Shown: piece by piece, positions 49,405 through 59,908 of the stretch
Numbering within the stretch: the first letter of the stretch is position 1
Layout of the letters: every line of letters begins with the position of its first letter
NCBI RefSeq assembly: GCF_042466665.1
Contig: NZ_CP162102.1
Span: 7,595,022 to 7,659,021, forward strand
DNA: 64,000 nt
Origin: Peterkaempfera podocarpi
Lineage (GTDB): Bacteria; Actinomycetota; Actinomycetes; Streptomycetales; Streptomycetaceae
Reading direction: 5' to 3'
Notes under the pieces: model-generated
The model's input: only the letters and a program-made list of their open reading frames with translations
Databases searched by the model: none
What the model was told of the DNA's origin: nothing
Made by a program: the position numbers and the translations under genes

Positions 49405-49974
49405 ATGATGCATGCCTTCCCCTGCGGCACCCCGATTCTGGACTTCGTGGGGACCTTGCGTGCCCGGCGCAATGCCCGGCCCCTGGAGATGCTCACCTCG
49501 CCGGAGAGTCTTGAGGCATGGTTCCGCGAGTCCGGCCTTGTCGACAGCGGGACGGCCTGCCGACCGTCCGACGTCGCCGAGGCGGTGGCTCTCCGCGAGG
49601 CCGTCCATGCGCTCATCGCCGCCAGGCTGGCCGGTGAGGACTACGACACCGATGCGCTCGACCTGGTCAACCGCACGGCCGGTGAGCCGTCCGCCATCCC
49701 GCAACTCACCGCGGAAGGGCGCCGGGTCCAGGCGACCCCAGAGCAGGCCCTGTCCTCACTCGCCCGCCAGGCCATCGACGTGCTCAGCGGACCGGAGGGG
49801 TCGCTGCTCAAGGAGTGCAGCCGGCCCGAGTGCACACAGATCTACCTGGACCGGTCGCGCGGTGGGCGGCGGGAGTGGTGCGCCATGGACCCGTGCGGAA
49901 ACAGGGTCAAGGCCGCCGCCTACCGCGCCCGCAAGCGGGCGAGCACATCGGCTCCTTCGGTGGCGGCTCGGTAG
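49405..49974 (+). CDS. ABATE + CGNR zinc-finger domain protein
   Basis: C-terminal CSRPECTQIYLDRSRGGRREWCAMDPCGNRVKAAAYRARKR. Confidence 0.65.
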   Translation: MMHAFPCGTPILDFVGTLRARRNARPLEMLTSPESLEAWFRESGLVDSGTACRPSDVAEAVALREAVHALIAARLAGEDYDTDALDLVNRTAGEPSAIPQLTAEGRRVQATPEQALSSLARQAIDVLSGPEGSLLKECSRPECTQIYLDRSRGGRREWCAMDPCGNRVKAAAYRARKRASTSAPSVAAR

Positions 49975-50124
49975 GACCGCGGGTCCGCGGGCTTCGGGCA
50001 TCCCGACCGGCGCCTCGGGCGCGGGCACTCCCGATCGCGGGCAGCCGCGGGCCTCCCGGGCCGGGCAGCCCCGGGACGGGCGGGCCGTTCCGGCCCCATC
50101 GGGCGGCCCCGGCATCACCGGAGC

Positions 50125-50156
50125 CGGCTCCGGCTCCGGCTCCGGCTCTCCGGCTC
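50125..50156. repeat. (ccggct)4-5 hexanucleotide tandem repeat immediately 3' of the alpha/beta hydrolase gene
   Basis: Seen in sequence. Confidence 0.8.
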
Positions 50157-51210
50157 AGAAGCGGTCGACGTCGACGATGGCCTGAGCGAATGCCTCGGGG
50201 GCTTCCTGGGGCACGTTGTGGCCGATTCCCTTCAGCGTCCGGTGTGCGTACCTGCCCGTGAACTTGTTGCGGTAGAGGGACCCGTTCCCGGCAGGCGTGA
50301 AGGGGTCGACCTCACCGTCCAGGGTGATGGCCGGCCGAGCGATGGCGGGGCCCTGGGCCAGCCGCCTCTCGATGTCGTCGTACTGCGGCTCGCCCTTGAC
50401 CAGGCTCAGCCGCCAGCGGTAGTTGAAGACGACGATGCTGACGTAGTCCGGATTGTCGAACGCGGCCGCCGTCCGGTCGAAGGCGGCCTTGTCGAAGTTC
50501 CAGGTCGGAGAGTTGAACTTCCAGACGAGCTCCGCCAGTTCGCGCCGGTTCTTCTCCAGGCCCAGCACACCCCTCTCGGTGGCGAAGTAGTACTGGTACC
50601 ACCAGGCCCATTCGGCCTTGGGCGGGAGGGGCAGTTTGTTGGCCGCCCGGTTGGTGATCAGGTAGCCGGCGACGGACACCAGCGCCTTGCACCGCTGCGG
50701 CCAGAGGGCCGCGATGATGTCGGCGGTCCGGGAGCCCCAGTCGTAGCCGCCGAGTATCGCCTTCTCGATCTTGAGGGCGTCCATCAGGGCGATGATGTCG
50801 AGCGCTATCACCGACTGCTGGGCGTTGCGGAAGGTGTGCTCGGAGAGGAACCGGGTCGTGCCGTATCCGCGCAGATACGGCACGATGACCCGGTATCCCT
50901 GCGCTGCCAGCAGCGGGGCTGCCTTTTCGTAGCTGTGGATGTCGTACGGCCAGCCGTGCAGCAGGATCACCGCCGGTCCGTCGGCCGGGCCGAGATCGAC
51001 ACAGCCGACGTTCAGGACCCCGGCACGGATCTGTTTCAGCGGGCCGAAGAGGGCCTGGCCCCCCGCGCTCGCGGTGAGTGGGTCGGCCGGCATCCCGGTG
51101 CCTGGTGCGTCCGCCGGGGCCGGGCCCGAGGACCGCGTGGGCCAGCCGCCCAACGAGGCCGCGGCGGCGCCCGCACCGAAGACCTTGCCGAATGTCCGCC
51201 TGTCGATCAT
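50155..51210 (-). CDS. Tat-secreted alpha/beta hydrolase (epoxide hydrolase / haloalkane dehalogenase-like fold)
   Basis: Start MIDRRTFGKVFGAGAAAASLG (twin-arginine); ILLHGWPYDIHSY and GGYDWGSRTA nucleophile-elbow-like motif. Confidence 0.7.
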   Translation of the reverse strand: MIDRRTFGKVFGAGAAAASLGGWPTRSSGPAPADAPGTGMPADPLTASAGGQALFGPLKQIRAGVLNVGCVDLGPADGPAVILLHGWPYDIHSYEKAAPLLAAQGYRVIVPYLRGYGTTRFLSEHTFRNAQQSVIALDIIALMDALKIEKAILGGYDWGSRTADIIAALWPQRCKALVSVAGYLITNRAANKLPLPPKAEWAWWYQYYFATERGVLGLEKNRRELAELVWKFNSPTWNFDKAAFDRTAAAFDNPDYVSIVVFNYRWRLSLVKGEPQYDDIERRLAQGPAIARPAITLDGEVDPFTPAGNGSLYRNKFTGRYAHRTLKGIGHNVPQEAPEAFAQAIVDVDRF

Positions 51211-51237
51211 GTGGGATCTCTTTCCGTCCGTGCACCA

Positions 51238-51279
51238 GACCCGGACCCGGACCCGGACCCGGACCCGGACCCGGAACCC
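51238..51279. repeat. (cccgga)6 hexanucleotide tandem repeat in the 5' leader of the alpha/beta hydrolase gene
   Basis: Seen in sequence, 28-70 nt upstream of the ATG. Confidence 0.8.
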
Positions 51280-51916
51280 GGGCGCGGTGCCGGGGCTCTC
51301 CGGCCCGGCCTGGGACGCCGCTGCGCCGTCGCAAGAGCGGTGGGCGCCCGCCGCGTGGGGGCTCCTCGCTCTCACCTTGCGTGTGCAGGCAGCTTCCGTG
51401 CCCGGACGCGTTTCCCTCTCCTGGGCGGCGACACCTCTCATCACCCGTCCGGGTGGGCCGCCCCGCGAGTACCGCCCTGGGCCGTCGGACGAGGCGCGGC
51501 CGGGGCGAACGGCCCGGGTCGCCCAGGTCGAAGGCTGCGGTGCCTGCCGGGAGGGCCGACCGGGGTCCGGCCGCGGCGGGCGTTTCCCCCGTGCCGCCGG
51601 GGGTGGGAGGTCCTGCCTACCAGCAGTGAGGAAGCCGGTCCTGGCGCCCGGCCCAGCTGTCGGCGCAGTCTCGGGTCATGGCAATCCGGCACCACGTCAC
51701 CCGGCAGCGGCACGGCGCCACGCGGCAGCCGCTCAGCACGCGGCTGCCGGGCGGACGGACCGTACCGCCCGGCAGCGTCGCCCTGCGGCCACCGACCGAC
51801 CCCGCGCCCGACGTCCCGTCCGCCGTCATCGGCAAGGCCCCTGGAGCCCCGCGCCTGTGGCGACGTGCGGCGCCGCAGCGTCCCGATCGCACCGCCGCCC
51901 TGCCGAGGACCACTCC

Positions 51917-53218
51917 ATGACCACAACATCCGGCCCGTACAGCACCGCCGCGTCCGGCGCCGCGCCCCGCTCACCCTGGGTGCATGTCGTCCAGGCCGCC
52001 GCCGCACTGGCGGCAGCCATGGGCGTCGGCCGTTTCGTCTACACGCCGATCCTCCCGCTGATGCACGCGCAGGCCGGCCTGTCGGCCGCGGCGGGCGCCG
52101 ACCTGGCCGTCGCCAACTACATCGGATACCTCGCCGGCGCCCTGGCCGGGATCGTCCTGCCGGGGCTGGCGCGTTCCCCGGCCGTGCTGCGCGGTTGCCT
52201 GCTGATGCTGACCGCGACCCTCGCCGCGATGCCGCTGACGCACGCCGTTGCCGTCTGGCTGCTGCTCCGGCTGCTCGCGGGAGCCGGCAGCGCGCTGGTC
52301 TTTGTGATCGCTGTCAGCTCCCTGCTCAGCCACCTGCGCGACCACCCCGCCCATCTGCCCGGCTGGGGCTTCGGCGGGGTCGGCGCAGGCATCGCGCTGT
52401 CCGGACTGCTCGTCCTGGTCCTGCGCACCGTCGCCGACTGGCAGGTCGCATGGTGGGCCTGCGCAGCCCTGTCCGCCCTGTTCACCATCCCGTCGTGGGG
52501 GCTGCGGCCCGAGGCCGCCCAGGCCGCGACAGCCCAGGCAGTGCCGGGCGCGCGCGGGGCGCGGCGGTCGGCCGACGGCCTGCGGACACACCGATGGTTC
52601 ACCGCGCTCTTGGCCTCCTACACGCTGGAGGGCATCGGCTACATCATCGCCGGGACATTCCTGGTCGCCGCCATCGGGCAGAGTTCACCGGGCTGGATCG
52701 GCAGCGCCGCCTGGGTGCTGGTCGGTGTGGCGGCCGTCCCCTCCTCCGCGCTCTGGGCGGGGCTGGGCAGGCGCTGGTCCCGCCCCGATCTCCTGCTGGC
52801 CGCGCTGCTGGTGCAGGCCGTCGGCATCGCCCTTCCCGCTCTGGTCGGTGGAGTCGCACCGGCACTGATCTCGGCGGTCCTCTTCGGTGCGACGTTCCTC
52901 GGGGTCAGCACCCTCGCCCTCGCGGCAGGCAACCATCTGCGGTTCCCGCGCTCGGTGGCGCTGCTGACAGCCGGCTACTCCGTCGGCCAGATCCTCGGTC
53001 CGCTGGTCGCCACGCCTCTGCTCCACCACGGCTACCAGCAGGCCCTCGTCCTCGCGTCCTGCATCGTCCTGGCGGCGGCCGTCGCGGCTGTCGTCCTTCG
53101 CGCCGGTTTTCCGCACCGGATGCCGGCGCCGGGCCTCCCGGTCGTGGCTTCGGAACCCGGTGCGGGGCCGCAGTGTGCGCCCGCCGTCCTTGCCGAGGCT
53201 GACGCGGACCGACCGTGA
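51917..53218 (+). CDS. YbfB/YjiJ family MFS transporter
   Basis: 12-TM MFS pattern with the family-typical start RSPWVHVVQAAAALAAAMGVGRFVYTPILPLM. Confidence 0.7.
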   Translation: MTTTSGPYSTAASGAAPRSPWVHVVQAAAALAAAMGVGRFVYTPILPLMHAQAGLSAAAGADLAVANYIGYLAGALAGIVLPGLARSPAVLRGCLLMLTATLAAMPLTHAVAVWLLLRLLAGAGSALVFVIAVSSLLSHLRDHPAHLPGWGFGGVGAGIALSGLLVLVLRTVADWQVAWWACAALSALFTIPSWGLRPEAAQAATAQAVPGARGARRSADGLRTHRWFTALLASYTLEGIGYIIAGTFLVAAIGQSSPGWIGSAAWVLVGVAAVPSSALWAGLGRRWSRPDLLLAALLVQAVGIALPALVGGVAPALISAVLFGATFLGVSTLALAAGNHLRFPRSVALLTAGYSVGQILGPLVATPLLHHGYQQALVLASCIVLAAAVAAVVLRAGFPHRMPAPGLPVVASEPGAGPQCAPAVLAEADADRP

Positions 53219-53545
53219 CAGCTCGCCCGGGTGAGTCCGGCAGCGACGGGGAGAGGTCCGGTCTCCGTCGAGCTCGCCGGCCATGGCCCGCCGCCGCGGT
53301 ACTGCCGCGTCGCCGAGACAGCAGGCCTTCGGCGAAGCCGTACACACAGCGGGACCCTGGTGCGTCGTCCGCCGGGCCGAGGGCCGTCGCCCCGACGGGT
53401 CGGGTGATCACCGTCCACCGCTGCGTGGCCACGCGGGGCAGCCCGTCTGCTGGAACGAAGGGCGTCGACGACGTTCCGGGAGGACGGCACTCCGGTCGCA
53501 GCCCGGGGAGGTTACCTGCGTGGGGTCGTCCCGTACCCGGCAGCT

Positions 53546-54367
53546 TCAGGGCCGGAACACATGGGGGACGGTCGTGCTCAAGGGCGTGAACCCCAGTCGC
53601 TCCAGGATCGGGCGGCTCTCGTCGGAGGCGTCGACCTGCAGATAGCGGTAGCCCGCCTCGGCGGCGATGCGTGCCCGATGCGCGACCAGCGCCCGGTAGA
53701 TGCCGCGGCCCCGCCATGAGGGCACGGTGCCTCCACCCCACAGGCCGGCGAAGTCGGTTCCAGGGTGCAGTTCCATCCGGGCGGCGCACACCGGTACGTC
53801 GCCGGCCATCGCGACGGCCATGCTGAATGTCTCCGGCCGCCTGCTCAGCTGGGCGAGAAGGCGGTGCCGCAGCCGGCCGGCGTCGGTCCCGAACGCCTGC
53901 TCGTGGACGTCCGCTGCGAGATGCACCCCGGAGGCGTCGGTGACGGGCAGCAGCCGGATGCCGTCGGGGAGTTCGGCGTCGGCCTTGAGTGCGGTGATCT
54001 CGGCGACCAGCAAGGTCTCGGCAGGCTCGGGGGAGAAACCGGCAGCGAGCAGTCGGCCGGAGAGATCAGCGGGCGTGTCGTGGGTGTAGAGCTTCCACTC
54101 GAACTCGCGCCCCAGTGAGGTGAAATGGTCCACCTGCGCGGCGATCGCCGCATCGGCGGTCACGTCGTCCAGGTCGGACCAGACCACCCCGTTCCAGTCG
54201 TCGGCGCCGGCGCCGACCTGGCGCACCACATCGCCGATGCGCTCGACCCTCGCCGCCGGGTCGTCCGGCTGGGCGTTCTGTCGCAGCTGCTCATCGAACA
54301 GGGCAAGCACGGTCTTGTTTCGCACTCCGGTACTCCACCATCGATCACCGAAACGCGGCAACTGCAT
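53546..54367 (-). CDS. GNAT family N-acetyltransferase (tandem acetyltransferase folds)
   Basis: C-terminal RGRGIYRALVAHRARIAAEAGYRYLQVDASDESRPILERLGF (GNAT motif A). Confidence 0.6.
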   Translation of the reverse strand: MQLPRFGDRWWSTGVRNKTVLALFDEQLRQNAQPDDPAARVERIGDVVRQVGAGADDWNGVVWSDLDDVTADAAIAAQVDHFTSLGREFEWKLYTHDTPADLSGRLLAAGFSPEPAETLLVAEITALKADAELPDGIRLLPVTDASGVHLAADVHEQAFGTDAGRLRHRLLAQLSRRPETFSMAVAMAGDVPVCAARMELHPGTDFAGLWGGGTVPSWRGRGIYRALVAHRARIAAEAGYRYLQVDASDESRPILERLGFTPLSTTVPHVFRP

Positions 54368-54556
54368 TCCGCTTGCGTCCCCCATCGGTCGACCGGTAGG
54401 CGACGCGCCCCACAGGCCACTCAGAGCCGTGGCGGCCGGTGCGGGGACCGGCCGCGGTCGGCTGCGGGCGCTCTGGCGGACCTCGTCGAGGCCGTTCTCG
54501 TCCTCCAGTCGCAGCCGCAAACTGCCTGGCAGAGGCTCCAGAGTTTGACAGAAGGT

Positions 54557-54832
54557 GAAAACTTTCGCGATTACGAGCGAAATATTTAGCAGACCATGCG
54601 AGCTGCTCTCCGTCGCTCCGGCGGGTTCAATCGGCTTCCGGCTCGACGGAGGCGAGGGGCAATCCTGGGCGACACCTTGTCCCTGAGTTCCGATCTGTCG
54701 TCAGGACACCGCAGGGGCAGACCCGCACAAGCATCGAGACCTTTTCGTTACATGGCATCGGATTGACGTGGCGTCACGGGAAATCTAGCTTCTCATCCAG
54801 AAGCAGTCGGAAATTTTCTCGAAAAGTTTCGA
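54557..54832. promoter_or_regulatory. Three GAAA-N1-2-TTTC boxes (GAAAACTTTC, GAAATTTTC, TCGAAAAGTTTCGA) in the lower-GC region upstream of the GH43 gene
   Basis: Seen in sequence; same motif class as upstream of the xylanase gene. Confidence 0.45.
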
Positions 54833-55056
54833 CGGGGGCCGTTCATGATCACAAGCAACGCCGGAGTCTGCGCGGCCGTTGCAGCCGTCGCCAGGCCTTC
54901 CGCACCTGCCCCTGCGGGACTTCCGCGCCAGTACGGCGCACACATCCGTCCACCCCGGCCGCAGCCGCTCCGTCCCCGCCCCGCACCTGACCAGCCCACC
55001 TGGTGGACCGACGCCGGCTCCGGCAGGTGGCCGGACCGCATCTGCGAGAGGAACCC

Positions 55057-56697
55057 ATGACCACCGAGTCGACCCTGCCCTCGTCCGCCGGCAGCAGCAC
55101 CGACGGCGCAACCATCACCAACCCCGTCCTCCCCGGCTTCCACCCCGACCCGTCGATCCTGCGGGTGGGCCAGGAGTACTACCTCGCCACCTCGACCTTC
55201 GAGTGGTACCCCGGCGTCACGCTGCACCACTCCCGCGACCTGGTCCACTGGCAGTCCCTGGGCGGCGTCCTCGACGAGCGCCGACTCCTCGACCTGAGCG
55301 GAGTCCCCGACTCCGGTGGCATCTGGGCGCCCTGCCTCTCCTACGCCCACGGCCGCTTCCATCTGGTCTTCACCCGCGTCGACAACTACCGCGGCGAGTG
55401 GTGGGACGCTCAGAACTACGTCACCACCGCCACCGACATCACCGGCCCCTGGTCCGACCCGGTCCCCGCCCATGCCCGTGGATTCGACGCCTCGCTGCAC
55501 CATGACCCCGACGGCACCTGCTGGTTCCTGTCCGTCAACGGGGACTGGCGCCCCGGCCGCAACTTCTTCGGCGGTATCCAGGCGCAGCAGTGGGACTGCG
55601 CCAAGGGCAGCCTCGTCGGCGACGTCCACCTGATCTACTCCGGCACGGACGCCGGGGTCACCGAAGGCCCCCACATCTACCAGCGGGACGGCTGGTACTA
55701 CCTCATGACCGCCGAGGGCGGCACCGTCTGGAACCACCAGGTCACCGTCGCCCGCTCCCGCAACCTCCTCGGGCCGTACGAGTCCGACCCGGCGGGTCCC
55801 ACCCTCACCTCGCGGAACAACCCCGAACTGCCCCTGCAGAAGGCCGGCCACGCCAGCCTGGTCGAGACCCCCGCGGGCGAGTGGTACCTGGCCCACCTCG
55901 TCGGGCGCCCCCACACCACCCGTGGACGGTGCATCATGGGCCGCGAGACTGCGATCCAGAAGATCACCTGGACCGGCGACGGATGGCCCCGCGTCGCCGA
56001 CGCCGTACCGCACCTGACCGTGCCCGCCCCCGCCCTGCCCGCCGCGCCCTTCGCGCCGGAACCCGAGCGCGACGACTTCGACGGCCCCCGCCTCGGGCTC
56101 CGCTGGGCCACCCTCCGTCGCCCGGCGGGCGACGACTGGATCGACCTCACGCAGCCGGGCCGTCTGCGGATCCGCGGTGGGCAGTCGCCCCGGGGCAAGC
56201 GCACCCCCAGCCTGGTCGCCCGCCGCGTCACCGCCCGTCACTGCTCCCTGGAGACCACCGTCTCCTTCACGCCCCGCAGCCCGCACCAGTTCGCCGGTAT
56301 CACCGCCTACTACGACACCCACAACTGGCACTACGCCTACATCACCGGCGACGACACATCCCGGACGCTTCACGTCGAGACGTCCGACGACGGCCGCCGG
56401 AGCGAACACCCGCTGGCGGTCACCGACCTGCCCGCAACCGGCGAGATCCACCTGCGCGTCACCGTCGACGGCGGCCGGGCCCGTTTCGGTTACGCCCTTG
56501 CCGCAGACGACTGGCGAGATCTGGACGCCGTCTGCGACGCCACGATCCTGTCCGACGAGTACGCAGGCGAGAACCCGCTCGAAGGCCGGCCGGCCGGCCC
56601 CGCCTTCACCGGTGCCTTCCTGGGGCTGTGGGTTCACGACCTGGGCGCGGACGGTGGTTACGCCGACTTCCACCATGCGACCTACCGGACCCACTGA
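55057..56697 (+). CDS. GH43 glycoside hydrolase (beta-xylosidase / alpha-L-arabinofuranosidase) with C-terminal beta-sandwich domain
   Basis: GAGAGGAA RBS; NPVLPGFHPDPSILRVGQEYYLATSTFEWYPGV and DxxxDG...E motifs of GH43. Confidence 0.85.
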   Translation: MTTESTLPSSAGSSTDGATITNPVLPGFHPDPSILRVGQEYYLATSTFEWYPGVTLHHSRDLVHWQSLGGVLDERRLLDLSGVPDSGGIWAPCLSYAHGRFHLVFTRVDNYRGEWWDAQNYVTTATDITGPWSDPVPAHARGFDASLHHDPDGTCWFLSVNGDWRPGRNFFGGIQAQQWDCAKGSLVGDVHLIYSGTDAGVTEGPHIYQRDGWYYLMTAEGGTVWNHQVTVARSRNLLGPYESDPAGPTLTSRNNPELPLQKAGHASLVETPAGEWYLAHLVGRPHTTRGRCIMGRETAIQKITWTGDGWPRVADAVPHLTVPAPALPAAPFAPEPERDDFDGPRLGLRWATLRRPAGDDWIDLTQPGRLRIRGGQSPRGKRTPSLVARRVTARHCSLETTVSFTPRSPHQFAGITAYYDTHNWHYAYITGDDTSRTLHVETSDDGRRSEHPLAVTDLPATGEIHLRVTVDGGRARFGYALAADDWRDLDAVCDATILSDEYAGENPLEGRPAGPAFTGAFLGLWVHDLGADGGYADFHHATYRTH

Positions 56698-56943
56698 GCT
56701 GCTTCCCATGCCCGTGCACTGTGAGGCGGAGCAGTTGGAGTGAGGGGAACAGCGAAGCCCCTGGCGGGCGGGTTGTCGACCGGGGTCGGCCCTTGCCGTC
56801 GGGGGCTTCGCTGCTCTTGTCCACCCCGGCTGGATCCTCCAACTCCCGTGCAGCGGATGCTGCGTTGGCGGCCGGCCGGCGGGGCGTTGACGGCGGGGAC
56901 GTCCGCCGCCGCTTCGAACCGTCGCCGGAGGCGATCGCCGAGC

Positions 56944-58240
56944 TCACAAGTCTGCTCGCATCCGGGGGCGGCAACTGCTGAGCCGTGTTCCTTGGTCCTT
57001 CTCGGTGGCAACGGCGGAGGCGGAGAGGAGTGTCGCGGCGGCGAGGCTGCCCCAGAGGGCGGCCGGGCCGTGGGGTGCGAGCGTGGTGATGACCGCCGGG
57101 GAGACGGCGAGGCCGAAGCCCGTGGAGAGCTGGAAGCGAGCCACGGCGCGTCCCAGGAGATGGGCCGGGGCGAGTGCGGTGACGAGCGCGGTGGCGCTGC
57201 CGGCGTAGATGATCTCGCCGATCGTGCAGACCACGGACACCGCGGCGACGGCCGGGGTACCCCAGCCGTGTCCCAGTGAGGTGGCCACGAGAAAGCCGAG
57301 GTAGGACGCGGTCAGCACCACGCCGGAGAGGGCCAGCACGGCCCGCCGGGAGAAGCGTGACAGGAGGACGGTGACCGGCACCTGCAGGGTGACGACCAGC
57401 ACCGTGTTGGCCACGAAGACGGCTGCCGGCCACACCAGGGATGCGTGGAACTGCGTCACCAGGACCAGGGAGCGCGATCTCGGGGACGTTGAGGCAGAAG
57501 ACATAGACCACATTGGCGGCCAGCAGCGCGACCATTCGGGGTGCGGGTTCGTCGTCCCGGCCCTTGGCCGCGGCGGCCTCCGCCGGATGTGCGTGCACGT
57601 GGACCGACCACGCCAACGCGGCTGCGGCAAGGTAGGCGAGCGCAGTGACAGCTGCCAGCGCCCGCAATTGGGCGGTGCCGCCCGCCAGGCATACGGTGGC
57701 AAGGAGTGCTCCGACGCCCAGGGCGGCGTTGCGCAGGGCGCGGGCCCCCGCGAGGGCGGTGTCGCGGTCTCGGCCGTGGGCGACCGTGGCCACGAGCGCG
57801 GCGTGGGCGGCAGGCCATGCCTGGTTGCCGATGCCGAGGAAGAGTGCCGCCGTCGCGAAGAGCCAGACGTGTCCCGCCGGGGCGGCCAACAGCAGCGCCA
57901 CGCCCACCACCCGCACCAGCATCGACGCCGCCACGACCGTGCTGCGCGCGCCGCGGTCCAGCCATCGGCCTACCGCGGGCATGCACATCAGGCCCGCGAC
58001 GATGCCGACCGTCATGGCGGTGCCGGTGACGGGCGCGGACAGCCTCAGTACGTTGACGCCGTAGAGCAGCAGAAAGGGCCGCAGCAGGCCGGTGCCCAGC
58101 GCGTCCACGGCCAGGGCGACGGCATAGCGGGGGCCTCCGGAGGCGCGGACGAGGGCACGGGGCTGGATTCTGGTGATGGTTGCCACAACGTCAGACGGTG
58201 CGTTCCGCTGCTGGGGCAGGGCACGTCGGTTGACGCACAT
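56944..58240 (-). pseudogene. 12-TMS MFS transporter gene split by an apparent 1-nt insertion in a C run at about 57485
   Basis: N-terminal half ends ...NVPEIALPGPGD in one frame; the C-terminal half LVLVTQFHASLVWPAAVFVANTVLVV...ATEKDQG continues in the adjacent frame; deleting one c from gcgctccctggtc joins them. Confidence 0.65.
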
Positions 58241-58287
58241 CGTCAATCGACGCCGTCGCGAGGTCGTCCGGCGGCGATGATGAGGGG

Positions 58288-59373
58288 ATGACGCTGAGGA
58301 TCGACATCAGCGGCCTGCCGTCCGAGCGACTGCGCTTCGCCGCCTCTCCGCTGGCCGAGCTGACCGCGATGCTGCATGTGCTGGCCGAACCCGGTCACCA
58401 TCCGCAGTTCGCGGGCTGGGCCGCGGACGTCTGGGCCGGGCTGCGGCCGGAGCTGGCCGAGCGGCTCAGGGAGGCGGAGTTCCTCTGGCGTTCCTCACAG
58501 GCCGACTTCATGATCCCCGCACGGCCCCGGTCGAGCCTCGCCGAAGAGCTGGACGACGTGGACCGGATCGACGACGAGACATATGTGACCGCCGCGCTCG
58601 TCACCACGTGCGGCAGCAACCGGGTCCATTTCCCCGGGTCGTCGCCGCTCACCGACAAGGCCGCACGCGAGCGGGCCCTGGACGTGGCCCAGGCCCGCGG
58701 CGCTCTGCAGGAGGCCTTCGCGGAACGGCTGCTCGCGGACCCGGCCGCGGTGCGGGCGCGGGTGCGCCACACCCTCGAAGCATGCGCCGAGGCATTCTTC
58801 GACGGCGCCTGGGCGGACGTCGCGATGCAGCTCGCCACCGATCTGCGCCTGAAGAACGAACTGCTCAGGCGCCACGGCATCGGGGCGGCACTCGCCTCGG
58901 TCTCCGGCGCGGTCACCCTGGCGCCGGACGGCGACTGCATCATCGTGGACAAGGTGCAGGACAAGGCGACCGCTGCCCGTGGCGCCGGGGTCACCTTCAT
59001 CCCCAGCGTCTTCGGCCGCCCGCACCTGGTGGCGGTCCATGCGCCCGGATGGCATCCGGTGGTGCAGTACCCCGTCGCCGAGCCGAGTCCGGCGGAGCCG
59101 GTCTCCCTGGAAACGGTCACCCTCCGGCTGGAGGCGCTCGCACATCCGGTACGGCTGCGGCTGCTGCGCACCCTGGCCCGCGGCCCGCACACCACCGGCG
59201 AGCTGGCCCACTTCTGGGAACTCTCGCCCCCGGAGGTGTCCCGCCACCTTGCCGTCCTGCGCCGCGCAGGCCTGCTCACCGCTCGGCGGCAGGGTCGTTA
59301 CGTCCGGTACACCCTCAATCTGCCTGATCTGACGGCGTTGGGCGCCGACCTGCTGGCGGCCGTACTGCGTTGA
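58288..59373 (+). CDS. ArsR-family winged-HTH regulator with N-terminal DUF5937-like domain (divergent from the MFS gene)
   Basis: GAGGGG RBS; C-terminal LAHPVRLRLLRTLARGPHTTGELAHFWELSPPEVSRHLAVLRRAGLL. Confidence 0.7.
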   Translation: MTLRIDISGLPSERLRFAASPLAELTAMLHVLAEPGHHPQFAGWAADVWAGLRPELAERLREAEFLWRSSQADFMIPARPRSSLAEELDDVDRIDDETYVTAALVTTCGSNRVHFPGSSPLTDKAARERALDVAQARGALQEAFAERLLADPAAVRARVRHTLEACAEAFFDGAWADVAMQLATDLRLKNELLRRHGIGAALASVSGAVTLAPDGDCIIVDKVQDKATAARGAGVTFIPSVFGRPHLVAVHAPGWHPVVQYPVAEPSPAEPVSLETVTLRLEALAHPVRLRLLRTLARGPHTTGELAHFWELSPPEVSRHLAVLRRAGLLTARRQGRYVRYTLNLPDLTALGADLLAAVLR

Positions 59374-59410
59374 GCGGCTTCCCTCCGTCGGAACGCGGGC
59401 AACCACCGCC

Positions 59411-59908
59411 TTGGGAAGCGTCACCCGGCTCGGCAGCCCGCCGAGCGGTACCGGCGCGACCGCCTGCTGGCGTGCCACCCCCGACGGGGCGGTCCCCGAC
59501 GGGGCGGTGCTGACCGACGGTGCGAGCGCCTGGTTCGACTGCAGCGTCGATCAGCACATCCGGGCAGGCGACCACGACATCGTCCTGCTCCGGGTCCACT
59601 CACCGGGCACCGGTGGCGCGGTGGCGCCGCAGGTGTTCCACGCAGGCCGGTTCCGGCGCCTGGAACCCGCTGCCCCCGTCCCCAACCAGGATCAGCGCTC
59701 CGGCCGCGCCGAGCGTACGAAGGAGTCGGCCCCGTGTGCGATCCCCGGCCGGCGCGCGGCCGCCTTCGCCCTCCCTGTCGACGGCTCGGCAAGGAGGCGG
59801 CGCTTGTCCGGCCTTATTCGGACGGGGTGCGGCGCCGCGTCCAAGGGAGTCCGACCGACCTGCCGCGGCGGACGGCGAGACGGCCCAGGGCGATATGGCC
59901 GCCCATGA
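59411..59908 (+). pseudogene. Remnant of a flavin reductase-like gene (only the C-terminal about 45 aa are recognisable); contains a perfect 15-bp tandem duplication at 59479..59508
   Basis: ASAWFDCSVDQHIRAGDHDIVLLRVHSPGTGGAVAPQVFHAGRFRRL resembles HpaC-like flavin reductase C-termini. Confidence 0.3.
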
